NCBI RefSeq assembly: GCF_006345805.1
Contig: NW_021833783.1
Coordinates: forward strand, 863 to 64,862
Direction: 5' to 3'
Source of the DNA: Octopus sinensis
Lineage: Eukaryota
Length of the DNA stretch: 64,000 nucleotides
Shown here piece by piece: positions 36,990-49,879 of this stretch (its first letter is position 1; each line of letters begins with the position of its first letter). The position numbers were made by a program, and so were the translations under genes. The notes under the pieces are model-generated. The model was given only the letters and a program-made list of their open reading frames with translations, made no database searches and had not been told where the DNA came from.

Positions 36990-37207
36990 CTAATAATAAT
37001 AGTCTTTGGGTGGAATTTATAAATATTTTAATGCATCGCTACGCGCGTTTCCACAAATCGCATCTTTCTTAAGATCATAGTCCGTATTCCTGGGATGATT
37101 ACAGTACAGTTCATAGTATTCATGGACGTCATGCATTCATTCCTTCGGGTCGTTTATTAATTTTGATGAATGAGAAGGTTGATTGGGGTATGTACGCATT
37201 TCTGTAT

Positions 37208-37590
37208 GGAAGCACTCCGTCGGTTACGACGATGAGGGTTCCGGTTGATCCGAATCAACGGAACAGCCTGCTCGTGAAATTAACGTGTAAGTGGCTGAGC
37301 ACTCCACAGACACGTGCACCCTTAACGTAGTTCTCGGGGATATTCAGCGTGACACAGAGAGTGACAAGGCCGGCCCTTTGAAATACAGGTACAACAGAAA
37401 CAGGAAGTAAGAGTGAGAGAAAGTTGTGGTGAAAGAGTACAGCAGGGATCACCACCATCCCCTGCCGGAGCCTCGTGTAGCTTTAGGTGTTCTCGCTCAA
37501 TAAACACTCACAACGCCCGGTCTGGGAATCAAAACCATGATCCTATGACCGCGAGTCCGCTGCCCTAACCACTGGGCCATTGCGCCTCCA
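37208..37590 (-). mobile_element. SINE family C with tail T1 and 11-bp TSD
   Basis: TSD catttctgtat at 37197-37207 and 37591-37601; near-identical to 59261. Confidence 0.94.
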
Positions 37591-38618
37591 CATTTCTGTA
37601 TATATTTTGTAGGGAAGAGAGGAAGGTACTGGAGAGAGAGGCAGGAATGGTAATTGTAACGAGATGGAGATGTGTTTGGTGAAGTTGGACTTATTTTTGC
37701 TATTTGAGTATGCAGATGTCAAGATGGCTACTATAGTTCTTTGGTTTGATCTTATTCACAGCAAGTCTCTCCTCAATGAATTTAAAAGTAGTCGAGTTAG
37801 CAGGTACAGCCACTACAACCACTACAGCCTTTCAGTTTTTGGAGTTCATTTCTTAGTTGACAAATGATACTTTCTTAACCCTTTCGTGACCATCCTGGCT
37901 GAAACCGGCTTTGACTCTTTAGTACAAATGGCTTGTTTTCATAAGTTTTGAATTCAAAATTTCCATCAAACCTTAGTCACAATTTATGTTCCTAACACTA
38001 GCTCAATGATAACGATGTTATTTTACTAAATTCTTTCTTATATTTAAAGTAATTGAAAGAAACACAGAGCATCTCAAAATAAATACAGTAACGAGACCTT
38101 TTTAATTACCTTTGCTGGTTTGATAAGTGCCAACGCACGAAAATCTTGGACATTGAGTCACTCTGTTACTTCTGCTAAATATTAATATGTGTATGCTTTT
38201 TGCTTTAGCTATCTTTATTTCTTATAGTTGCTAGACTGAGGCCCAGCTGGGACACCACCTTGAAGAATTTCAGTCTGAGGAATCGACTGCAGTACTTCCA
38301 TTAAGCCTATTGTCTTGAAAATAAATGAATATGACGGGTAAGTGTATACAAACGGGTAATATAAGATGAAGACTGATGTCACCAATACAGGAGTGCGGAT
38401 ATATAGTTTATTAGAAGCGAGGTCCTTCATGTGTAGAAGAGTTTAGGAAATATAGCCGAATCTGAATCTGGAACCATGTGGTTGGAAAGCAAACTATTTC
38501 TTACCAAACAGCCATGCCTCTGCCTGCCTGCCTGTCTGCCTGTGCCTGCCTGCCTGCCTGTACCTGCCTGCCTGCCTGTGCCTGCCTGCCTGTCTGTCTA
38601 TCTTTCTTTGTCTGTGTG

Positions 38619-38651
<33 letters not shown>

Positions 38652-38775
38652 ATGTGTGTGTGTGTGTGTGTAAATGTAATATGTGACAATTATTCAGTAG
38701 CCATGATAAAACTCCGAGTTTCGAATGCCGAGGTGGAAATCCACGCCGCCATCTCTTCAGTTATCCGGCCATCGG

Positions 38776-38811
<36 letters not shown>

Positions 38812-39493
38812 TTTTAATTAAATGGGAAACGTTTTGAATATGCAAATAAAGGTTCTATTCCATTATGTCAGCCACCGTTTAATGATGTTGACTAATGATG
38901 TTGACGGAGTTTCATCAAGTTGTACCAATATAATGTAGGATAAATATAATAATAATAACAATAATCCTTGGATAGAATTTATAAACATTTTATGCAATGC
39001 TACGCGCGTTTCCACAAATCGCATGATTCTCAAGATCACAGTCCGTATTTCTGGGATAATTTCAGTGTAGTCCGTAGTATCCGTGGGGTTCATTATCATT
39101 AATTCATTTCTTCAGACGATATAATATTAGTTGATGTACAACAGAGTTATATGGAGATGGAGGTGTGTGGTGGTATTGATTTTATTTTGCTATCCATGTA
39201 AAGGATGTGTTAAGGATGTGTAGTACATTACTTTGTTTGATTTCATTTAAGGCATGAATATCTTCAATAAATTCTAAACTCAACAGGTCATAGGATATTG
39301 CTGATATATTTATCATTGAGAATTGATGAATGCTACCATCTAATGTGATCATTGGCCTTTACATTGCTTCTATTGGTATAGTGTATAACACGTCAAATAT
39401 TGATTGCTTTGTCTATTTGTTTAGGTTCCTTCGATTTTCTATCATGTGTTATTTCTTTTCAAAATATTTTTCAAACACACATACAAACATACA

Positions 39494-39525
<32 letters not shown>

Positions 39526-39554
39526 CATGTATATATACATATATACATGTATAC

Positions 39555-39610
<56 letters not shown>

Positions 39611-39612
<2 letters not shown>

Positions 39613-39776
39613 CAGGACGGGCTTCTTCCAGTTTCCATCTATCAAATCTACTCAGAAGGCTTTGGTCGGCCCGAGACTATAATCGAAGACAATTCCTCTA
39701 GAGGCGACGCAGTGGGACTGAACCTGAACCATGTAGTTGGTAAGCAATCTACTTAGCACACAGCCACGCCTGTGCT
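39611..39776 (-). mobile_element. SINE family A 5' half
   Basis: gacgggcttcttccagtttcc...aaccatgtagttggtaagc...cagccacgcctgtgc. Confidence 0.82.
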
Positions 39777-39805
39777 ATACATACATATAGATCTATATAT
39801 ATATA

Positions 39806-39855
<50 letters not shown>

Positions 39856-40203
39856 GTAATAATATATATGCAAATGTATACATGCATACATATGTTTATA
39901 CATGTGATATACATGCATATGTATACACACACATATATATACATACATATATATACATATAAATCTATATATACATGTATGCATCTACATATATATATGT
40001 ATGCATATACATCTATGTATACAAATATGTATACATACATATATATGTGCAGATGTATATGCACATATATGCATGCATATATATATACATACATACAAAC
40101 ATATATATATATATATATAATATAAGGTAGATATATGAAAATCACCTAAGGGATAGATGTATACAGAGGCACTCCTGTTAAGTACTTCAGTATGTATGTA
40201 TGT

Positions 40204-40257
<54 letters not shown>

Positions 40258-40963
40258 TGTGTGTGTGTGTGGTGTCTGTGTGTCTGTGTATGTGTCTGTG
40301 TGTGTGTGTGTGTCTGTGTGTGTCTGTGTGTGTGTGCAGGACGTCATGAAAGATGTACAACAAAAAAGTTCGAAGCACGAGTACATAGAACGTAAACTAT
40401 TATTTCGAGCAAGAAAAGACACAAATGGAAAACAAAACAAACAACATAAAGAACGACCCTTCATCAGTTGCTGCCTGTTTTTCTAGTCTCGTATTTCGAG
40501 CATTAAACAAAATTATACGCTTTCGATAAAACAGTTGCTCCTGCAAAGCAAATTAAATAAAATTTGGGATTTTGCGGAGGGTCAAAATAGGTAACACAAA
40601 CAGGACAGTGAAAGCACACATGAAGTGTTAATAAGCCTAAATGAGGGTTGTGATGCTGAACGTGTATATCAAGCTAGGACAGGAAAGAAACCAGAACACG
40701 TCCTCCTTGTTGCAACTACAACAGAGAGAAAGAAAGATGGCTGATGGTCACGTGGGAGCCAGGTGACAAAGGGAGGAGGGCTGAGGGAGAGAGAGAGTGA
40801 CAGAGTTATGTCATAGAATAGTGAGAGAAGAGGGGGTAAAAGTATAAGAGGGAGAAAAAGAAAGAAAAACGGAAGGGTAAAAAGATCATATAGAGTGATC
40901 AGAATTGTTAAGATAAAACTTTCTTGGAAGATGATGTGTGGCTTTCAATCATATAACAATACA

Positions 40964-40998
<35 letters not shown>

Positions 40999-41566
40999 TA
41001 TATAAATACGTATATGTACATACATCTATACGTATATATATATATATGGGGGGGGGGTACAGGACGTCACGAAACGTGTACAACAAAAAAGTACGGCCTA
41101 CGAGTACATGGAATATGAACTATTCTTTCGAACAGCGAAAGACACAAATGGAAAACAAAACAAACAACATAAAGAACGACTCTTCATCAGTTGCTGCCTG
41201 TTTTCTTAGTTTTGTATTTCGAGCATACATGTGTATATATATATACGTGCGATAATAATTTCAGTATTAATAGTGAAACTATTAAACCTGAAAGTATTAT
41301 CTCACACCACAGTAGAGACGTTATTGTTTCTTTTTACACGTAATACTGAAATAGTGTAAGAGATAAAAGATTCCACTGGGACCACATGAGGCAAGAAGTT
41401 GAACTTTTTTCGCCCATGACACTGCATGAACAATAAGGAAGTTATGTGTAAAACTTGAACGAAATCGACCGGCTGGATTTAGTGATGCACACATACAGAC
41501 ACGCGCATGCAAACACACACACATTCTTAGTTTATATATATAGACATATATAAATAAATATATATA

Positions 41567-41617
<51 letters not shown>

Positions 41618-42119
41618 GTGTGTGCGTGTATAAATTCGGTGTGTTGCGTTGCAATTACTTAATGAATGAAAAATGTGTGGTAAATAAACAAACAACATAA
41701 TGTGTACTGAATGGGAAAATGAACGGGAGACAAACAGAATACTTCATCAGTTTTCGACCAATTGGTAATGAATATACACATACATAAATACATGCATACA
41801 TTGAAATATATACCATATACTCATTTATTCTCCCTCACTCCCCCTCCGTTGCTCACGAGGCTCCTACGTGACCATCAGCCATCTTTCTTTCTCTAGCTAG
41901 GGTTGATACATTTACACAAGCATCTTCATTTTGCTTTGGTTTTTTATGTTCTCGTTTCTCATTCTGTCCGCATTTTTGATGTCCTGTACCCATATATGCA
42001 TGTATATAATACGTATATATAACGGGAAGCTTTATGAAAATAAGCAAAAGACGAAGGCAGGTGGAATACAAACAAACAATTGTATTAGTATGGCGCTCAG
42101 GAATAGAAATAAAACAAGT

Positions 42120-42155
42120 CTTTTACGTTTCGATCCTACGCTCTTCAACAGAAAG
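42120..42155 (-). ncRNA. Minimal type-I hammerhead-like motif (one core mutation)
   Basis: rc: cttt CTGTTGA a GAGC gtag GATC GAAA CG TA aaag; 4-bp stem I, palindromic ACGT stem III, GUA site. Confidence 0.55.
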
Positions 42156-42279
42156 ATACACAGAAAAGAAACACGGAAAGAAACAAGGAGAGAAAAAAAT
42201 GCGTGCAGAAGCTAGTGAATCAACATGGCGTATATATATACGTATATATAATATATATATATATTATATATATAATATA

Positions 42280-42343
<64 letters not shown>

Positions 42344-42349
42344 CGTATA

Positions 42350-42384
<35 letters not shown>

Positions 42385-42398
42385 TATATATATATATA

Positions 42399-42439
<41 letters not shown>

Positions 42440-43565
42440 AACATATATTTGTATGTATATATGTATATATGTATGTGTATAGATAGATACATACACACAC
42501 ACATACACACACATACACACACATACGCGCGTGCACATGGGTTTATACCTACTGATACATTTTCACAAGCATCTTCATTTTGGTTGTTTTAGTCAAAACA
42601 CTACGGCGACTGTGACTCCCGAACCTCATCAAGCACTTTTCGGTAGCTTTCTTAGCATGTTGAACTGTATCGTTTGTTGAATTCACAAGTATAGTCTGTT
42701 GTTACTGTGTTGTCCATGCCAAGGATATCTCGTATTTCATATTACTCGCTCGATACACTTGAACAAGAGTAAATCCATATACACTGCCCCAAGAATTAAG
42801 ATAATGCGAACCTAGTAATTTGGCTTACCTACCACTTGATACTTAATCAACGCTTATATTAACTATGTGTGTGTATATGTCACAAGATAGCGAAGGTGTG
42901 TTTCTGCTTATTGACATGCCATGGCTTCATTATATATGTGTGTATTCTGTAAGTGTGTATGTGTGTTAACGTCCCGGAAGCCATGTTGCTTTTCGTCAAG
43001 AAATAACAAACAAAAATGGTGTTTAATCGTTTTCATTAATAAATAGAGGTCCAAATATCACAAAAAATATGTACTGCACGAAAATATATATGCAAAACAA
43101 AATCAAGATAAAACATAGTCTTTTTGAGATATTTCGAGTACACACAAAGCTCCCTAGTTTTAGTATTATTAAGATTCTATATACTTTTAAAAGTTTTTTT
43201 CTTGCATATAGAAACTCTTCCAATTGAGGATGAACTCTATGCTATGTCGATCGAGTTGGTTATTACAGGCTAACATAAGCGTTGCGGAAGAGTTGTCAAC
43301 AAATGGTAGACGTGCATTTGAATGCTGTCATGTTGTTGCTTAGATCTTCTAAATATTTTTCGAGTATGTGTCTTAACATTAAGTTGACGGTTCGTAGTAA
43401 CGTTTTGACGGACATTTTCCACCATTATATTTCTTCTCGTGGAAGTTGATTCTATGCTTACATGGTTGACAGCTCTAACGTTGATATCGTGTCTTGTTGG
43501 AATGTGTAAGGTACCCACACGCTTGTGTGTTTGTATATATATATATAAATGTGTGTGAGTGCATA

Positions 43566-43986
43566 TACTCTTTTACTTTTACTCTTTTACTTGTTTCAGT
43601 CATTTGACTGCGGCCATGCTGGAGCACCGCCTTTAATCGAGCAACTCGACCCCGGGACTTATTCTTTTGTAAGCCCAGTACTTATTCTATCGGTCTCTTT
43701 TGCCGAACCGCTAAGTAACCGGGACGTAAACACACCAGCATCGGTTGTCAAGCAATGCTAGGGGAACAAACACAGACACACAAACATACACGCACACACA
43801 CATATTTATATATACATATATACGACGGGCTTCTTTCAGTTTCCGTCTACCAAATCCACTCACAAGACATTGGTCGGCCCGGGGCTATAGCAGAAGACTC
43901 TTGCCCAAGGTGCCACGCATTGGGACTGAACCCGGAACCATGTGGTTGGTTACCAAGCTACTTACCACACAGCCACTCCTCCGCCT
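43566..43986 (-). mobile_element. SINE family A, full-length
   Basis: Reverse complement of the A consensus end to end. Confidence 0.93.
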
Positions 43987-44159
43987 AATATATATATATA
44001 TTAAAATTTATGCTCATTCCTTTTATGTTTTTGATGTTCGGAAAAAGGTTGGGTGCCTCCTGGTGGATCATTTCACGGTTTGTTGACCGCTCTTCAGAGA
44101 ATACACATTTCCTTTCCTTCTCCTATCAATAGCACAGAAATGTCAGCTGTTACATAAAT

Positions 44160-44560
44160 AAAGAAGATTATATTTCTAATATGTATGTTAGCTGGTTGAT
44201 TTCATTTTCTGAAAGCCTTCGCTTTTCCAAATTATTACGTAGGTATTTACTAATAAAACCAAGAGCACCGATTATTATTGGTTTAAGCGTGAATTTATAA
44301 TTCGGAAATAAAACCTGGAGGTTCCGAGGCAACTGTCGGTGGTAATATTTCTCTTTGGTTTTCGAAGACTTACACATCGTCAGGGCAGCTGACGTTGCGT
44401 ACATTCTCTTGTCCGTCCCAAACAATTATAACCAGCCTGTTATGCTTACATATGGTGAAAACGTCTTGATGAGAATGTTCCACTAATATGCTTCGCGTTG
44501 ATTTTCATGTGTAAATTCAGTAAAAGGAGGATTCTCTATATCAAGGGGCAGTCATTATTC
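44160..44560 (-). pseudogene. Second RLE-type non-LTR fragment
   Basis: Frameshifted KHNRxxIIVWD..VSCPDDV..KEKYY..PIIIGALG. Confidence 0.7.
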
Positions 44561-44950
44561 TTAGCGACAACGTCTTGCCGCAGGGGGAGTTAGTATCTTA
44601 ATGACATATATGCATGAACATATATGCATGTGTGTGTGTATGCATGTGTGTATATATATGAATATATATAATGTGCATATATATGCATATATATATATAT
44701 ATGTATGTATATGTATATATATATATAATATTATATATGTGCATATATATGTATATATATATATATAACATACATACATACATATATATACATATATATG
44801 TATATATGTATATACATATATATATGTATGCATATATATATATATATAACGTATGTATGTAGTATGTATGTATGTATATATGTATTATATATATATATAT
44901 AATATATATATATTATATATATATATTATATTATATATATACATACACAA

Positions 44951-45174
44951 GGTGGCGAGCTGGCAGAAACGTTAGCGCGCCGGGCGAAATGCTAAGCGAT
45001 ATTTTGTCTGCCGTTACGTCCTGAGTCCAAATTCCACCGAGGTCTACTTTTATCCTTTCGGGGTCGATAAATAAAGTACCAGTTACGCACTAGGGTCGAT
45101 GTCATCGACTTAATTTCTTTGTCTTTCCTTGTTTGTCCCCTCTATGTTTAGCCCGTTGTGGGCAATAAAGAAAT
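44951..45174 (+). mobile_element. SINE family B (tail U1)
   Basis: ggtggcgagctggcagaaacg...gcccgttgtgggcaataaagaaat. Confidence 0.9.
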
Positions 45175-45199
45175 TTATATACATATATAACAATAAACG

Positions 45200-45466
45200 T
45201 CACCCTTTTCCAGCCTAGCCAGACTCATGGTCCCGGTTTCCCGGTTTATGTAATGTATGTGTTCCCCCCAGTAGGACGGACCTCCGTCCATCGCAGCGTT
45301 ACTCAAGAAACAGGAAGGGAGAGTGATAGAAAGTTGTGGCGAAAGTGTACAACAGGGGTTGCCACCACCCCATGCCAGAGCCTCATGGAGCTCTTAGGTG
45401 TTTTCGCTCAATAAGCACACACAACACCCAGTCTGGGAATCGAAACCACGATACATTGCACCTCCA
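45200..45466 (-). mobile_element. SINE family C with tail T3, diverged
   Basis: Reverse C head plus gactcatggtcccggtttcccggtt tail. Confidence 0.8.
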
Positions 45467-45467
45467 C

Positions 45468-45537
<70 letters not shown>

Positions 45538-46420
45538 TGTGCAAAATCTAACTAGAGATCCAAAACTGAATGACATCCTGAAAACACACAAATTCATCAA
45601 ATGTAAAAAGCAAGACAAATCGCTAAAGAGACAACTAACAAATGCGAAGCTTTACAAAACAACCACGAAACCAACGGTTCAAAAAGTGTGGACGCCCAAA
45701 CTGTGGAACCTGCCTCAACCTACTTGAAGGCTCGGATTTCCTCTTCAAACAAGGACAGAGGTTCACAATTAAAACTAGTTTCACTTGTGCCTCTGAGTAC
45801 CTAATTTATGCAATAACCTGCTCGGGTTGCGGACAGAACTATATTGGACAGACGAGTATGACCTTGAGAAAGAGTATCACTCTACATAACGAGCAAATCC
45901 GTTTCCCGCAATACAGGCAAATTCCTCTCAGTGTACAAATAGAAAATGTGCAGATAACATCAAACCAACTTTCACAGTATTCCCTTTCTACCAGTGCAAA
46001 GACACAATCTCTCCACAAAAACGTTTAAATAAAGAAACAGTTTTCATTGAAAAATACAGAACACGTCTTAATATGCAGGCATAACCAACTTTTATCTTTT
46101 TACATATTTCAATTCACGATTACATCACTGTACATAAATCTCCTCACTAAACAAGGTTTTTCGAAACTTGTTTTGGTCTGTACATATATATTCCCCTCCC
46201 ATTACCGAAAGCTGAACAGTTATCTCCCTTACCCACAACAATAACAATAATTACGATAACCAATTACCCCCCCTTATTTTTCTATTTGTGAAGACATTCA
46301 CTCGTAAATATCATCACATACAACATGGACAAAATTTCTTAAGAAAATATATATTCAAATAAGTAAAACATAATATGATGAATAGCGATAGCGAAATCGG
46401 TCGATATATTAAAAATTATA
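45538..46420 (+). mobile_element. Penelope-like element 3' fragment: GIY-YIG endonuclease remnant and 3' region
   Basis: KCGRPNCGTC...FTCASEYLIYAITCSGCGQNYIGQT (GIY-YIG with Cys motifs, one frameshift near 45680); hammerhead-like motif at 46371-46410. Confidence 0.85.
46371..46410 (+). ncRNA. Degenerate hammerhead-like motif at the PLE 3' end
   Basis: aata TGATGA ata GC gata GC GAAA TCGG TC gatatatt; C3 missing, stem III one change from ACCGGT. Confidence 0.4.
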
Positions 46421-46467
46421 TTAAAACTGTGCGTATTTTCCTTTTCTAATTTCTTATATACACACAC

Positions 46468-46499
<32 letters not shown>

Positions 46500-46613
46500 A
46501 TGTGTGTATGTATTTGTATATATATCTGTATATATATATATATATGTATGATGTATATATAATATATGCATAAATAAATATATATTTTATATATATATGT
46601 ATATTTATGTATA

Positions 46614-46647
<34 letters not shown>

Positions 46648-46868
46648 TAATAAAAGGAATTCCAACCTTGTCTGATTTTCACGTTTTATTTACAATCTTA
46701 TAATGAATAAGATAATATAATATAATAAAATAAAATAAAATAATAGAATGTTTAATGTTCATTCTGATTGAACTAGTACTTTCATGCATTAAATTCTGCA
46801 ATCTTCAGGTTCATGTAGTAGTGTTGACAGTCATGCTTCACAATTTTGACAGTCAATCACACACATTC

Positions 46869-46912
<44 letters not shown>

Positions 46913-46916
46913 AGTG

Positions 46917-47160
46917 TGGAGGAGTGTCGCTTAGTGGTTTGAGTGTTAGAATCATGATCATCAGATTGTGGTTTCGATTCCTGGACCGGGCGACGCGTTG
47001 TGCTCTTGAGCAAAACACTTAATTTCACGTTGCTCCAGTCCACTCAGCTAGTAAAAATCAGTAACGCTGTGATGGACTGGCATCCAGCTGGGGAACACAT
47101 GCGCCATAGAAACCGGGAAACCGGGCCCATGAGTCTCGCTAGGCTTTAAAAGGGCGCATT
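46917..47160 (+). mobile_element. SINE with D head and tail T3
   Basis: ttagtgg...gtttcgattcctggaccggg...ttgagcaaaacactt; tail gaaaccgggaaaccgggcccatgagtc equals the reverse of the 45200 tail. Confidence 0.85.
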
Positions 47161-48790
47161 TATTTTTATTTATATATATATACGTATGTATACATACAGA
47201 AACACAGACAAACATATATTTGAAAGTCTATGAGGGTTACTTAATACTGTTTTTGAAATGTAAAGGTGTCTTTTTATTTCTTTCATTTACTAACATTTTT
47301 GGGAAGGTTTTTACTAGTGTGTGATCGCTTTCGTTAAAACTTTTCAAACACACGTGCTCTTAAAGAGGAAGTTGTTATTTTTGAGTAAGAGGGCAGTGCA
47401 TGCCATCAAAGTGACACTGGGGTAAAATATACGAAGCTCAGAATACCCATCATGACTACCCGCCTGATAAGGGTACACTAGGCATATGCATCACAACCAT
47501 ATCAAGATAAATCGCACATAACCTTGCAGGAGGGACCCAGTTAGACTTTTTTATAGTTTTACTTGATAGAAGCAAAATGGTGTAGCGAAAATAATATTTG
47601 AATACAAGCCGTTGAAATCAACAGTAGGCGTCGTTTCATTGTGCGTTCACATAGTATACTTAATTTCACATGCTCCAAATCATATTTTTGCCAAGGAAAG
47701 GTCACTGATCGACCAGGAATATTATTTACTTCAGATCACGCGCGAAAGACAGAGGCTTTATGCGCACACCCATCCTCTAAGACAGAGCAAGCATATCTCC
47801 CTCAAACCAACAGTGCAATTTTGAAAAGGAAGAAACACATTGTACAATGCTCGAGGGATCGTGATGGTCATGCCTGGAAGGCCTTTGATCACATATCTGC
47901 TTGATCAAGGCTAACCTAGGCTTAATCAATAACATCAAATTGCTTAACGCCATGTAAGCGAATACTAGAAGCGTTTCCATTTGTTTTTACATAATTACTT
48001 GAGCCAGTTTATATATCTGCTGGCTGTTGGGAATATATGTCAGATTTCACAGGAAGCAGCAAGCAGATCGATAACTCAGATCACACATTAATGAAGAGCA
48101 CTGATCAAACAAATTATTCTATTGAAACGTAAAATTGCGTGAGATAATAGAACACACATTCATCCACACACACACACACACACACACACACGTATACACG
48201 TGCGGAAACAAATTATACATATTCATATGTGCATATATACGTGTGTGTGAGACTATGCGTCTACACACGCACACACACACACATATGTATATATATGTAT
48301 GTATGCATTGCATGTATGCATGTATGTATGTATGCATGCATGCATGTATGTATGTATGTATGTATGTATATATGTATGTATGTATACATATATGTATGTT
48401 TGTATGCCTCATATAAAAAAATATATATATATATTTGTGGGTTTCAGTAAACGGTTTACGGCCATGATGGGGCACCGCCTTTAATGGTTTATCACGTTGT
48501 ATTGATCCCAGTTGTTGTTTCATTGTCCAACTGTTAAACCGCTGGACGTAAACCGAACCAGTATAAATAAATACCGGTTTTTAGATCGGTGTAAACAAAC
48601 GAACAGGTACACAGATGCATTACATACAAATTATATACATATATAGACGTGTGTTTAAGTACGTGTATGTTTGTGTATGCTTTATATATAAAAGCATATA
48701 TATATATATATATATATAGAAATTCGGGGTGAGTACTTGATAATTATAAGCACCTGTGTATACCGTTTGGTGGTGTAGGTGGTGGACAAA

Positions 48791-48825
<35 letters not shown>

Positions 48826-48845
48826 CATACATATATATATAATAT

Positions 48846-48894
<49 letters not shown>

Positions 48895-48938
48895 CATATA
48901 TATATTATATATATATAATACATACATATATATATATC

Positions 48939-49006
<68 letters not shown>

Positions 49007-49007
<1 letters not shown>

Positions 49008-49143
49008 AGAGAGTGACCACTATGTGGGTTCACTCTAGTGCTAAAAATAGCTCAGCTAATGGTATAGCCACAACTTTTAGTGGCTATACCATTTGCGGAG
49101 CTACTTTTAGCACTAGAGTGAACCACATAGTGGTCACTCTCTA
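49007..49143. mobile_element. 137-bp foldback element (probable collapsed MITE)
   Basis: About 64-bp arms with 3 mismatches and 1 bulge, 8-nt loop, TAG...CTA ends, atattt on both flanks. Confidence 0.75.
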
Positions 49144-49262
49144 ATATTTATGTATAAATTTGTATTTTTCCCTTGGTTTTTATGTGCTAAGCCACTTGGT
49201 GTTAAATTGATGGTATTATTAAATTAATATCAAATTTTTCACCCTCATTTATAAATTTATAT

Positions 49263-49483
49263 AGGCGCAGGAGTGGCTGTGAGGTAAGTAGCTTGCTTAC
49301 CAACCACATGGTTCCGGGTTCAGCCCCTCAGTCCCACTGCGTGGCACCTTGGGCAAGTGTCTTCTACTATAGCCTTGTGACCAAAGCCTTGTGAGTGGAT
49401 TTGGTAGACGGAAACTGAAAGGAGCCCGTCGTATATGTGTGTGTGTGTGTGTGTGTATGTGTGTATGTTTGTGTGTGTGTGTG

Positions 49484-49515
<32 letters not shown>

Positions 49516-49677
49516 TTGTTTGTCCCCCCCAACATTGCTTGACTGATGTGTTTGCGTCCCCATCACGTAGCGGTTCGGCAAGAGAAACCGATAGAATAAG
49601 TACTAGGCTTACAAAGAATAAGTCCCGGGGTTGCTTTCCTCGACTAAAGGCGGTGCTCCAGCATTGCCGCAGTCAAA
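49263..49677 (+). mobile_element. SINE family A
   Basis: ggcgcaggagtggctgtg...cattgccgcagtcaaat. Confidence 0.92.
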
Positions 49678-49687
49678 TATAAACATT

Positions 49688-49717
<30 letters not shown>

Positions 49718-49724
<7 letters not shown>

Positions 49725-49795
49725 CGTGACTTAGTGGTCAGGATGTCACGGTGGCTTCGATTCCCAAACCGGCGGTAAGTTGTGTTCTTAAGCAA
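49718..49795 (+). mobile_element. SINE D head fragment
   Basis: gacttagtggtcagg...cttcgattcccaaaccgg...ttgtgttcttaagcaa. Confidence 0.5.
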
Positions 49796-49879
49796 ATTTA
49801 AATGTAGCTCTATCCTATACAGACCCCTCTTAAGCTAGGCATCTATTTCTAGCTATCCCTACTGACCAATGACCATCCC

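Larger units (their letters stand above)
39780..44940. repeat. Large degenerate (TA)n/(TG)n/(CATA)n tracts (39780-40320, 42232-42520, 44610-44940)
   Basis: Direct reading; IY/CV-rich ORFs are artefacts. Confidence 0.9.

Noticed and set aside
27090-38165. ttgataagtgc..gcacgaaa motif at about 27093 and 38120 resembling a hammerhead helix II plus GAAA
   Set aside because: Both copies share the non-canonical TTGATAA and lack stem I; more likely a hairpin in an old repeat
12560-41230. Family F carries conserved CGAAA...(25-26 nt)...CTGA(T/A)GA-AG(G/A)G on one strand, with apparent helix-II complementarity, suggesting a type-II hammerhead
   Set aside because: The purine-rich linker cannot form stem I in any of five copies examined, so no valid fold; worth re-testing only on a proper family consensus
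43270-43518. 82-codon non-repetitive ORF on the minus strand
   Set aside because: GTG start, no recognisable domain and no convincing acceptor; length is within chance range
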